A DNA stretch of 64,000 nt from Schizochytrium sp. TIO01 (taxonomy: Eukaryota; Protista; Bigyra: Labyrinthulomycetes). The notes beneath the pieces were generated by a model, which saw only the letters and a list, made by a program, of their open reading frames with translations, was not told the origin of the DNA and searched no databases. The position numbers were made by a program, and so were the translations under genes. Position 1 is the stretch's first letter. Every line of letters starts with the position of its first letter. The stretch lies in contig SMSO01000013.1 of assembly GCA_004764695.1 (NCBI GenBank), positions 16,086 through 80,085 of the forward strand. Direction: 5' to 3'. Shown piece after piece: positions 29,301 to 41,700 of the stretch.

Positions 29301-30068
29301 GTTAGATATAATCGATGGGGTTAGGTTATCCAACCTTCTCCAACCATTGATCCAAGCTAAACCAAGCTTGGGTGTCCGTGATGTGCATTCACACTTCTAG
29401 TTCTTGGCTTCAGCATCCTCATGAGTCTGGCTGCCTATTCTTGTTCTAATGCAAACCTGATCTCTATTGGGTTTTACAAAGGGACACCAAGAACTCTAGC
29501 AATGTCTTGTCCACTAGTTCCTTCGATTGGAGATCTCAGCAGTCACATTAAGGGTTTCAGTGTCGTTAGAAGAACTGCATTTTGGCTTTGATGAAAAAAT
29601 AAATAAAAAGTTGCTTTCCGAAATGAGAACTATTAAGAACTACCAAAGAGAGTTGAATGAAAAAAGTATTTTTGAGTTTATTTTGCGACGATTTGGCTTA
29701 AACATAGAGTTTCTGATACCTTGTGGTGTTGCTGAATAAAATTATCGGAGGAACGGAGAGAGTAAAACAAAGAAAGGATTTGTATCTAATAATAAAGTAA
29801 ATATGCTCTCCTCAAACTGGAAAAATAAAGTTCAGAAAGCATATATATCATCAGTGAAATGTTAACGAATCATTACACTGTTCAAAATTATGTTTAATTT
29901 ATGTTAAGTTTTAGTACGTCCCCTCACCAAGAACCTTGCCAAAAAAAAAACATTATAAATTTTGATCCTGTTGGTAGACGTCGGTACTGTCTGGAGGAGA
30001 GCAATTACTTTCTCGCCTTCTAGTCAACAGCGCTTACGAAAAAGATAATCATTAAAAATTCGATTAAT

Positions 30069-32757
30069 TTATTCCAATCTGAAGTTTGCGCCAACAATAT
30101 CTGGTGTTAGCAAAGGCGACAATAACTCTTTCAAAACGAGTCGAAGATTTCTATCCTGAATTTTTGCATTCCAGTACTCACGCAGACGTTCAGCGCGCAG
30201 CAACTGCCACGCCTCACGAACCTGCTCAAATGAATCAGCAAAAAATGGATCTTGCCCAAGTCTTCTTGAACAGGTTCTCACATGATCATGACATGCATCT
30301 TCATCCTGAGAACTGTAGCCAAGACACCAAGCGCAGAAGTGATGACCACAAGTCTCATTACCGCACTCTACAGCACAGCAACCGGCAAAATCGTGTACAT
30401 ATGCCTTACAGTTCGGACAACATGTGCTCAAGATCTTCTCTTGAATATGAAGTAAATGAAGCCGTGCGTCGCGATTCTGTTCATCAGCACGTAAAACTTG
30501 TGCTATGCGCCTTTGGATCTCCTTCTCCGCCCAAACTGCTGCTTCATTTTCTGCCTTCATCTTCGCAATCAACAAAAGATGATTCAAAGCGCTTGGTGCA
30601 AGACGGGTGATTTCTTGACCTGATATCCTTCCACTACATTCAGGTTTCATGCATGCCATCGTTCCATCAGCATCCACTCTTACGTTAGCAAGTGGCCGTG
30701 CCGCCGCTTCTACTGAAGATTCGATACAGTCTCTGCAAAGGAAGTCTCCCTCCTCGCAGCTCGTGCCCTCGGAAAGCAGATGCTCCTCCATGCATACTAG
30801 ACATATCTTGACAGGGATCTTAGGAGCTCCAAAAGCTTCATGTTGGAGTGCTTGGCGAGCGGTTGGACGCTGGCCAGGGTCTGTTGCTGTAAGAGCATCG
30901 ATAAGTTTCTGCATTGCAGCGGTTCGCTCAGTAGGATACAGCTCCTTTAAGCTTATGCCCACAGAGTACATGTCCATCGCTGTTTCAAACCTATCTACAG
31001 GCCCATTCTGCAACTCGGGGCAAATGTACCGTGGCGTGGCCTGGAGTGATGTGTAAGTTGCGATGTAGTCCGCAACCTTGATGCCGTCAAAGTCGCCGAT
31101 CAATGGTGTCCCGTTGCTTGTGAGGAAAATGTTTTCTGGTTTGATGTCACAATGCACAATGCCGTGGGTATGTAAATCCGCCACACCGATAAGCAGGCCC
31201 ATAGCAAGTCGGTCGCGCGCTGCTTTGCCTTCGTTAGGATGACTCTCAATCCACTTGGCAAGGTCACCTTGCTCGTAGAAAGGCATAATAATACAACCAC
31301 GCGGTACTCCATGTGCCATGTCCACAAAAGCACCAGTGATACGGATCACGTGCTGAGACACCACTTTGCCCAGATTGGCAACTTGTCTGTAGAAGGTTTT
31401 AGATTGACTTAGATGTCCAAGCTGAAACTCTTTGAGAACCATAAGTTTATCATCTCCATCAAATACTTTCTGGACTCTCTTGCCACCTCTGGAAGCAAGG
31501 GGCTCGCCGACAGGTTTGAAGTCCGTAACTGTGACATTCGTTAACCAAAGGTCAGAACATGCTACTTCAAAAACACCCTCTGCACTTACGTGAAGCCTTT
31601 CTAGCCAGGCTCTATCTTGCAGCAACTCTGGATAATGTTCCTGCGCGTGTTGCAGAGTCTCAGCAAGCTTATGACGAAAAGCTTTGCTAAGGTCGATAGG
31701 GTTGCCTTGAGAGAGAATGAGCTCTTGTTTCTTGATACGATTTCTAAAATATGCTCGCTCTTCCTCATCCAAGTCCTCTATTTCAAGTTCTTCTTTGGCT
31801 CTCTTCAAAATTTCTGTGGCTTTCCTCGACTTGTCAAGTTTCTGGAATAATGCTTCAACATCTGAGACAGAAGGTTCTTTCAAACCCAGTGCTGCATAGT
31901 CATACAGCTCAGAGAGCTTTTCTGGTGTGCACTTGCTCGTGTCATTCAATGCAGCACATTCAGTGTATCCTTCAAATCGAGCGAATGTTGAACTTATCGC
32001 GCAAAGTATTTCCCACAATTGGGTACGAAGTGTATCTCCTTGTAGAACTTCGATCTCTTGCTTGAGAGCACTCTCAAGTTCAGACAACTCTGGTTCTAGC
32101 TCCATGGCCTGCTCAGGTGTCCTCAGGGCAACCGATAATCCATCACCAAGTTCTAGCTCAGACAATCGAGAGGTAACGCGCTTTACAGCTTGTTGGCTTC
32201 GTTCACCAATGTTGTTGTGTTGGCCTTCTCCACTCCTCTTGTACCCTTCCACGCATTGGACAGCCTGAATAACGAGTTCTTGGCAGTGTTTGAAGTCATC
32301 TGTGATGGTCTCTTCATCGACTGGAGCAAGGTTGATCTTTAGATCGCTTACCAAACTTTCAACTCTCACTTTGAATTCTCGCACTGCACTCTCATCACTT
32401 TCACAAAGGTTGGCGCGAACCCATGGGTACACAACCTGCAAAAGTGAATACAGGTACCTCCGTTCGGTGTTCCGCTTTTCGATGAGGCTGGGCAAGCCAT
32501 CAGCAGAGCTTGCACGAATCTGGCCTTGTAGCACGTCAAGACTCTCTTTGGAGTTCTTGATGTCAGCGAAAACCTGTCGCAACTTCACTTGGCCAAAGTA
32601 GCCCTGGATCGCCGATCCTACGAACTCCTCAAGCAAGGCAATCCCAGTTTGCAGGGAGTTTCCTCTGACCCCACCTCGGTCAACGCGCAAGTCCGAGACT
32701 TTCTTGGCAAGCTGCACCACATCAGCGAAACTCACGCTCGCTCCATCCGCCCGTTCT
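30069..32757 (-). CDS. Terminal exon: helical region, Ser/Thr-type protein kinase (~31520-30835), RING1 (~30803-30635), RING2/Rcat-like zinc finger (~30422-30270)
   Basis: 907-aa ORF in the track. Kinase motifs VLKEF, HGIVHCDIKPENIFL, IGDFDG, TPRYICPE, DMYSVG. Cys motifs CLVC...CEEGDFLCRDC...CMKPEC and CPNCKAYVHDFAGCCAVECGNETCGHHFCAWC. True 5' boundary is the acceptor TCTCAG|AGAA at 32757. Confidence 0.92.
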
Positions 32758-35700
32758 CTGAGACGAACAAGAAGACGTAAGCAAACGAGCAAAATGATGT
32801 TGAAGCAGCAACAAAAGCAGAAGCAAAAGTTAGGATACCCTCTATCTCAATAACTCAATTCGTGGAATGACTAATTACACGATCCCAAACAAAGATTAAC
32901 CGAATGAACTTACCCACATCCATCCAAAGTAGCAAGCCCGGTGCCATCAATGCCGTCTTGCTCGTTCTTGGGCTCTGCAGAAGGCTCGCTTTCTGCCGAC
33001 TCTATGGAAGCATAGGAATCGAGCTCTGACGAGAAATCTGCAATGTCCTCTCCAGGAGAACACATTTCGAACAATTGTTTTGGGGTCAAAGGCAAATTCC
33101 GATTATAGAAACTGTGGCGTTTTGCAAACGAATGAACGAAAGAAAGAGAATATAAGTGCTGGTTAGAAAAACGATGAACGCATCTAAAGACAGCCTCGAA
33201 AGTCCATGTTAAGACATGGAGAGAACCAGCGAAGGCAAGGCTCTGCGCAAGCTGGGAATAGCAGCAGAGGGAACGGAACTTACTAGATTTTAACAGAAGG
33301 ACATGCTTTGTGCAGAGACTTTGCGACGGCCTTTGCGCCCTCCGAGCCAATGTCGTTCTCAGAAAGACTGTGAGTAGAAATAAATAAGTTTGTTTTGTTC
33401 ATTCGTTGTCAGGAAAGACAGGTCCAGTCAGTTGATCCTGTTTTGTTTTGTTTTGTTTTTCCTCACAATAAAAAGCAATCAGCTCTTCTTCTGCTGCTGC
33501 TGCTGCTGCCTATCAAATTATATAGATTTCCTTCTTCTCTTTGTAAAAAAGAAAAGACTTCTTTGCCTTTCTTTGCGTACCCAACTACGTAAACTACTTA
33601 GGTAGTGTACCAGCAGTACTACAAACACTAAGCACTCAAAAGAAAGAAAGAAAAAGCTTGGTCCTGACTATTACGATAGCTTTCCCTCGTGGATGATTCC
33701 ACAAACGTACACTAAAGTTTGAAGGTTCTTGCATCCCTCGAGTGCCTTTGCGACGGCCTTTGCGCCCTCCGAGCCAATGTTGTTGTTGTCAAGACTGTGA
33801 GTATAAATGAATAAGTTTGTTTTGTTCATTCGTTGTCAGGAAAGACAGGTCCAGTCAGTTGATCCTGTTTTGTTTTGTTTTGTTTTTCCTCACAATAAAA
33901 AGCAATCAGCTCTTCTTCTTCTGCTGCTGCTGCCTATCAAATTATATAGATTTCCTTTTGCCCTTCCTTCTTCTCTTTGTAAAAAAGAAAAGACTTCTTT
34001 GCCTTTCTTTGCGTACCCAACTACGTAAACTACTTAGGTAGTGTACCAGCAGTACTACAAACACCAAGCACTAAAAAGAAAGAAAGAAAAAGCTTGGTCC
34101 TGACTATTACGATAGCTTTCCCTCGTGGATGATTCCACAAACGTACACTAAAGTTTGAAGGTTCTTGCATCCCTCGAGTGCCTTTGCGACGGCCTTTGCG
34201 CCCTCCGAGCCAATGTTGTTGCCAGAAAGACTGTGAGTATAAATGAATAAGTTTGTTTTGTTCATTCGTTGTCAGGAAAGACAGGTCCAGTCAGTTGATC
34301 CTGTTTTGTTTTGTTTTTCATCACAATAAAAAGCAATCAGCTTTTGTTCTGCTGTTGCTGTTGCCTATCAAATTATATAGATTTCCTTCTTCTCTTTGTA
34401 AAAAAGAAAAGACTTCTTTGCCTTTCTTTGCGTACCCAACTACGTAAACTACTTAGGTAGTGTACCAGCAGTACTACAAACACCAAGCACTAAAAAGAAA
34501 GAAAGAAAAAGCTTGGTCCTGACTATTACGATAGCTTTCCCTCGTGGATGATTCCACAAACGTACTCTAAAGTTTGAAGGTTCTTGCATCCCTCGAGTGC
34601 CTTTGCGACGGCCTTTGCGCCCTCCGAGCCAATGTTGTTGCTACGAAGACTGTGAGTATAAATGAATAAGTTTGTTTTGTTCATTCGTTGTCAGGAAAGA
34701 CAGGTCCAGTCAGTTGATCCTGTTTTGTTTTGTTTTTCATCACAATAAAAAGCAATCACCTCTTCTTCTTCTGCTGCTGCTGCCTATCAAATTATATAGA
34801 TTTCCTTCTTGTCTTTGTAAAAAAGAAAAGACTTCTTTGCCTTTCTTTGCGTACCCAACTACGTAAACTACTTAGGTAGTGTACCAGCAGTACTACAAAC
34901 ACTAAGCACTCAAAAGAAAGAAAGAAAAAGCTTGGTCCTGACTATTACGATAGCTTTCCCTCGTGGATGATTCCACAAACGTACACTAAAGTTTGAAGGT
35001 TCTTGCATCCCTCGAGTGCCTTTGCGACGGCCTTTGCGCCCTCCGAGCCAATGTTGTTGCCAGAAAGACTGTGAGTATAAATGAATAAGTTTGTTTTGTT
35101 CATTCGTTGTCAGGAAAGACAGGTCCAGTCAGTTGATCCTGTTTTGTTTTGTTTTTCATCACAATAAAAAGCAATCAGCTTTTGTTCTGCTGTTGCTGTT
35201 GCCTATCAAATTATATAGATTTCCTTCTTCTCTTTGTAAAAAAGAAAAGACTTCTTTGCCTTTCTTTGCGTACCCAACTACGTAAACTACTTAGGTAGTG
35301 TACCAGCAGTACTACAAACACCAAGCACTAAAAAGAAAGAAAGAAAAAGCTTGGTCCTGACTATTACGATAGCTTTCCCTCGTGGATGATTCCACAAACG
35401 TACTCTAAAGTTTGAAGGTTCTTGCATCCCTCGAGTGCCTTTGCGACGGCCTTTGCGCCCTCATCGCCAATGTTGTTGCCAGAAAGACTGTGAGTATAAA
35501 TGAATAAGTTTGTTTTGTTCATTCGTTGTCAAGAAAGACAGGTCCAGTCAGTTGATCCTGTTTTGTTTTGTTTTGTTTTTCCTCACAATAAAAAGCAATC
35601 AGCTTTTGTTCTGCTGTTGCTGTTGCCTATCAAATTATATAGATTTCCTTCTTCTCTTTGTAAAAAAGAAAAGACTTCTTTGCCTTTCTTTGCGTACCCA

Positions 35701-38700
35701 ACTACGTAAACTACTTAGGTAGTGTACCAGCAGTACTACAAACACCAAGCACTAAAAAGAAAGAAAGAAAAAGCTTGGTCCTGACTATTACGATAGCTTT
35801 CCCTCGTGGATGATTCCACAAACGTACCCAAGTTGAGTCAGGTTCTTGCATCCCTCGAGTGCCTTTGCGACGGCCTTTGCGCCCTCCGAGCCAATGTTGT
35901 TGTTGTTAAGACTGTGAGTATAAATGAATAAGTTTGTTTTGTTCATTCGTTGTCAGGAAAGACAGGTCCAGTCAGTTGATCCTGTTTTGTTTTGTTTTTC
36001 CTCACAATAAAAAGCAATCAGCTCTTCTTCTGCTGCTGCTGCTGCTGCCTATCAAATTATATAGATTTCCTTTTGCCCTTCCTTCTTCTTTTTGTAAAAA
36101 AGAAAAGACTTCTTTGTCTTTCTTTGTGTACCCAACTACACCAGCAGTACTACAAACACCAAGCACTAAAAAGAAAGAAAGAAAAAGCTTGGTCCTGACT
36201 ATTACGATAGCTTTCCCTCGTGGATGATTCCACAAACGTACACTAAAGTTTGAAGGTTCTTGCATCCCTCGAGTGCCTTTGCGACGGCCTTTGCGCCCTC
36301 ATCGCTAATCTTGTTGTTGTAAAGACTGTGAGTATAAATGAATAAGTTTGTTTTGTTCATTCGTTGTCAGGAAAGACAGGTCCCAGTCAGTTGATCCTGT
36401 TTTGTTTTGTTTTTCCTCACAATAAAAAGCAATCAGCTCTTCTTCTTCTTCTGCTGCTGCTGCTGCCTATCAAATTATATAGATTTCCTTCTTCTCTTTG
36501 TAAAAAAGAAAAGACTTCTTTGCCTTTCTTTGCCTACCCAACTACGTAAACTACGTAGATAGTGTACCAGCAGTACTATAAACACCAAGCACTAAAAAGA
36601 AAGAAAGAAAAAGCTTGGTCCTGACTATTACGATAGCTTTCCCTCGTGGATGATTCCACAAACGTACCCAAGTTGAGTCAGGTTCTTGCATCCCTCGAGT
36701 GCCTTTGCGACGGCCTTTGCGCCCTCCGAGCCAATGTTGTTCTTATTAAGACTGTGAGTATAAATGAATAAGTTTGTTTTGTTCATTCGTTGTCAGGAAA
36801 GACAGGTCCCAGTCAGTTGATCCTGTTTTGTTTTGTTTTCATCACAATAAAAAGCAATCACCTCTTCTTCTTCTGCTGCTGCTGCTGCTGCTGCGTATCA
36901 AATTATATAGATTTCCTTCTTCTCTTTGTAAAAAAGAAAAGACTTCTTTGCCTTTCTTTGCCTACCCAACTACGTAAACTACGTAGATAGTGTACCAGCA
37001 GTACTATAAACACCAAGCACTAAAAAGAAAGAAAGAAAAAGCTTGGTCCTGACTATTACGATAGCTTTCCCTCGTGGATGATTCCACAAACGTACTACAA
37101 TTGTTGAAGGTTCTTGCATCCCTCGAGTGCCTTTGCGACGGCCTTTGCGCCCTCCGAGCCAATGTTGTTGCTACGAAGACTGTGAGTATAAATGAATAAG
37201 TTTGTTTTGTTCATTCGTTGTCAGGAAAGACAGGTCCAGTCAGTTGATCCTGTTTTGTTTTGTTTTTCATCACAATAAAAAGCAATCAGCTTTTGTTCTG
37301 CTGTTGCTGTTGCCTATCAAATTATATAGATTTCCTTCTTCTCTTTGTAAAAAAGAAAAGACTTCTTTGCCTTTCTTTGCGTACCCAACTACGTAAACTA
37401 CTTAGGTAGTGTACCAGCAGTACTACAAACACCAAGCACTAAAAAGAAAGAAAGAAAAAGCTTGGTCCTGACTATTACGATAGCTTTCCCTCGTGGATGA
37501 TTCCACAAACGTACTTCAGATAAGTCAGGTTCTTGCATCCCTCGAGTGCCTTTGCGACGGCCTTTGCGCCCTCCGAGCCAATGTTGTTGTTGTTAAGACT
37601 GTGAGTATAAATGAATAAGTTTGTTTTGTTCATTCGTTGTCAGGAAAGACAGGTCCAGTCAGTTGATCCTGTTTTGTTTTGTTTTTCCTCACAATAAAAA
37701 GCAATCAGCTCTTCTTCTTCTGCTGCTGCTGCTGCCTATCAAATTATATAGATTTCCTTTTGCCCTTCCTTCTTCTTTTTGTAAAAAAGAAAAGACTTCT
37801 TTGTCTTTCTTTGTGTACCCAACTACACCAGCAGTACTACAAACACCAAGCACTAAAAAGAAAGAAAGAAAAAGCTTGGTCCTGACTATTACGATAGCTT
37901 TCCCTCGTGGATGATTCCACAAACGTACACTAAAGTTTGAAGGTTCTTGCATCCCTCGAGTGCCTTTGCGACGGCCTTTGCGCCCTCATCGCTAATCTTG
38001 TTGTTGTAAAGACTGTGAGTATAAATGAATAAGTTTGTTTTGTTCATTCGTTGTCAGGAAAGACAGGTCCCAGTCAGTTGATCCTGTTTTGTTTTGTTTT
38101 TCCTCACAATAAAAAGCAATCAGCTCTTCTTCTTCTTCTGCTGCTGCTGCTGCCTATCAAATTATATAGATTTCCTTCTTCTCTTTGTAAAAAAGAAAAG
38201 ACTTCTTTGCCTTTCTTTGCCTACCCAACTACGTAAACTACGTAGATAGTGTACCAGCAGTACTATAAACACCAAGCACTAAAAAGAAAGAAAGAAAAAG
38301 CTTGGTCCTGACTATTACGATAGCTTTCCCTCGTGGATGATTCCACAAACGTACCCAAGTTGAGTCAGGTTCTTGCATCCCTCGAGTGCCTTTGCGACGG
38401 CCTTTGCGCCCTCCGAGCCAATGTTGTTCTTATTAAGACTGTGAGTATAAATGAATAAGTTTGTTTTGTTCATTCGTTGTCAGGAAAGACAGGTCCCAGT
38501 CAGTTGATCCTGTTTTGTTTTGTTTTCATCACAATAAAAAGCAATCACCTCTTCTTCTTCTGCTGCTGCTGCTGCTGCTGCGTATCAAATTATATAGATT
38601 TCCTTCTTCTCTTTGTAAAAAAGAAAAGACTTCTTTGCCTTTCTTTGCCTACCCAACTACGTAAACTACGTAGATAGTGTACCAGCAGTACTATAAACAC

Positions 38701-41700
38701 CAAGCACTAAAAAGAAAGAAAGAAAAAGCTTGGTCCTGACTATTACGATAGCTTTCCCTCGTGGATGATTCCACAAACGTACTACAATTGTTGAAGGTTC
38801 TTGCATCCCTCGAGTGCCTTTGCGACGGCCTTTGCGCCCTCCGAGCCAATGTTATTCTCAGAAAGACTGTGAGTATAAATGAATAAGTTTGTTTTGTTGA
38901 TTCGTTGTCAGGAAAGACAGGTCCAGTCAGTTGATCCTGTTTTGTTTTGTTTTTCCTCACAATAAAAAGCAATCACCTCTTCTTCTGCTGCTGCTGCTGC
39001 TGCCTATCAAATTATATAGATTTCCTTTTGCCCTTCCTTCTTCTCTTTGTAAAAAAGAAAAGACTTCTTTGCCTTTCTTTGCGTACCCAACTACACCAGC
39101 AGTACTACAAACACCAAGCACTAAAAAGAAAGAAAGAAAAAGCTTGGTCCTGACTATTACGATAGCTTTCCCTCGTGGATGATTCCACAAACGTACTACA
39201 ATTGTTGAAGGTTCTTGCATCCCTCGAGTGCCTTTGCGACGGCCTTTGCGCCCTCCGAGCCAATGTTATTCTCAGAAAGACTGTGAGTATAAATGAATAA
39301 GTTTGTTTTGTTCATTCGTTGTCAAGAAAGACAGGTCCAGTCAGTTGATCCTGTTTTGTTTTGTTTTTCCTCGCAATAAAAAGCAATCACCTCTTCTTCT
39401 TCTGCTGCTGCTGCGTATCAAATTATATAGATTTCCTTCTTCTCTTTGTAAAAAAGAAAAGACTTCTTTGCCTTTCTTTGCGTACCCAACTACACCAGCA
39501 GTACTACAAACACCAAGCACTAAAAAGAAAGAAAGAAAAAGCTTGGTCCTGACTATTACGATAGCTTTCCCTCGTGGATGATTCCACAAACGTACCCAAG
39601 TTGAGTCAGGTTCTTGCATCCCTCGAGTGCCTTTGCGACGGCCTTTGCGCCCTCATCGCTAATCTTGTTGTTGTAAAGACTGTGAGTATAAATGAATAAG
39701 TTTGTTTTGTTCATTCGTTGTCAGGAAAGACAGGTCCCAGTCAGTTGATCCTGTTTTGTTTTGTTTTTCCTCACAATAAAAAGCAATCAGCTCTTCTTCT
39801 TCTTCTGCTGCTGCTGCTGCCTATCAAATTATATAGATTTCCTTCTTCTCTTTGTAAAAAAGAAAAGACTTCTTTGCCTTTCTTTGCCTACCCAACTACG
39901 TAAACTTCGTAGATAGTGTACCAGCAGTACTATAAACACCAAGCACTAAAAAGAAAGAAAGAAAAAGCTTGGTCCTGACTATTACGATAGCTTTCCCTCG
40001 TGGATGATTCCACAAACGTACCCAAGTTGAGTCAGGTTCTTGCATCCCTCGAGTGCCTTTGCGACGGCCTTTGCGCCCTCATCGCTAATCTTGTTGCCAG
40101 AAAGACTGTGAGTATAAATGAATAAGTTTGTTTTGTTGATTCGTTGTCAAGAAAGACAGGTCCAGTCAGTTGATCCTGTTTTGTATTGTTTTTCCTCACA
40201 ATAAAAAGCAATCACCTCTTCTTCTGCTGCTGCTGTTGCTGCCTATCAAATTATATAGATTTCCTTTTGCCCTTCCTTCTTCTCTTTGTAAAAAAGAAAA
40301 GACTTCTTTGCCTTTCTTTGCGTACCCAACTACACCAGCAGTACTACAAACACCAAGCACTAAAAAGAAAGAAAGAAAAAGCTTGGTCCTGACTATTACG
40401 ATAGCTTTCCCTCGTGGATGATTCCACAAACGTACACTAAAGTTTGAAGGTTCTTGCATCCCTCGAGTGCCTTTGCGACGGCCTTTGCGCCCTCCGAGCC
40501 AATGTTATTCTCAGAAAGACTGTGAGTATAAATGAATAAGTTTGTTTTGTTCATTCGTTGTCAAGAAAGACAGGTCCAGTCAGTTGATCCTGTTTTGTTT
40601 TGTTTTTCCTCGCAATAAAAAGCAATCACCTCTTCTTCTTCTGCTGCTGCTGCGTATCAAATTATATAGATTTCCTTCTTCTCTTTGTAAAAAAGAAAAG
40701 ACTTCTTTGCCTTTCTTTGCGTACCCAACTACACCAGCAGTACTACAAACACCAAGCACTAAAAAGAAAGAAAGAAAAAGCTTGGTCCTGACTATTACGA
40801 TAGCTTTCCCTCGTGGATGATTCCACAAACGTACCCAAGTTGAGTCAGGTTCTTGCATCCCTCGAGTGCCTTTGCGACGGCCTTTGCGCCCTCCGAGCCA
40901 ATGTTGTTCTTATTAAGACTGTGAGTATAAATGAATAAGTTTGTTTTGTTCATTCGTTGTCAGGAAAGACAGGTCCCAGTCAGTTGATCCTGTTTTGTTT
41001 TGTTTTTCCTCACAATAAAAAGCAATCAGCTCTTCTTCTTCTGCTGCTGCTGCTGCTGCGTATCAAATTATATAGATTTCCTTCTTCTCTTTGTAAAAAA
41101 GAAAAGACTTCTTTGCCTTTCTTTGCGTACCCAACTACACCAGCAGTACTACAAACACCAAGCACTAAAAAGAAAGAAAGAAAAAGCTTGGTCCTGACTA
41201 TTACGATAGCTTTCCCTCGTGGATGATTCCACAAACGTACACTAAAGTTTGAAGGTTCTTGCATCCCTCGAGTGCCTTTGCGACGGCCTTTGCGCCCTCC
41301 GAGCCAATGTTATTCTCAGAAAGACTGTGAGTATAAATGAATAAGTTTGTTTTGTTCATTCGTTGTCAAGAAAGACAGGTCCAGTCAGTTGATCCTGTTT
41401 TGTTTTGTTTTTCCTCGCAATAAAAAGCAATCACCTCTTCTTCTTCTGCTGCTGCTGCGTATCAAATTATATAGATTTCCTTCTTCTCTTTGTAAAAAAG
41501 AAAAGACTTCTTTGCCTTTCTTTGCGTACCCAACTACACCAGCAGTACTACAAACACCAAGCACTAAAAAGAAAGAAAGAAAAAGCTTGGTCCTGACTAT
41601 TACGATAGCTTTCCCTCGTGGATGATTCCACAAACGTACCCAAGTTGAGTCAGGTTCTTGCATCCCTCGAGTGCCTTTGCGACGGCCTTTGCGCCCTCCG

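Noticed and set aside
30086-32780. Plus-strand ORFs overlapping the kinase exon (and 12-502)
   Set aside because: Antisense shadows of the long minus-strand exon.
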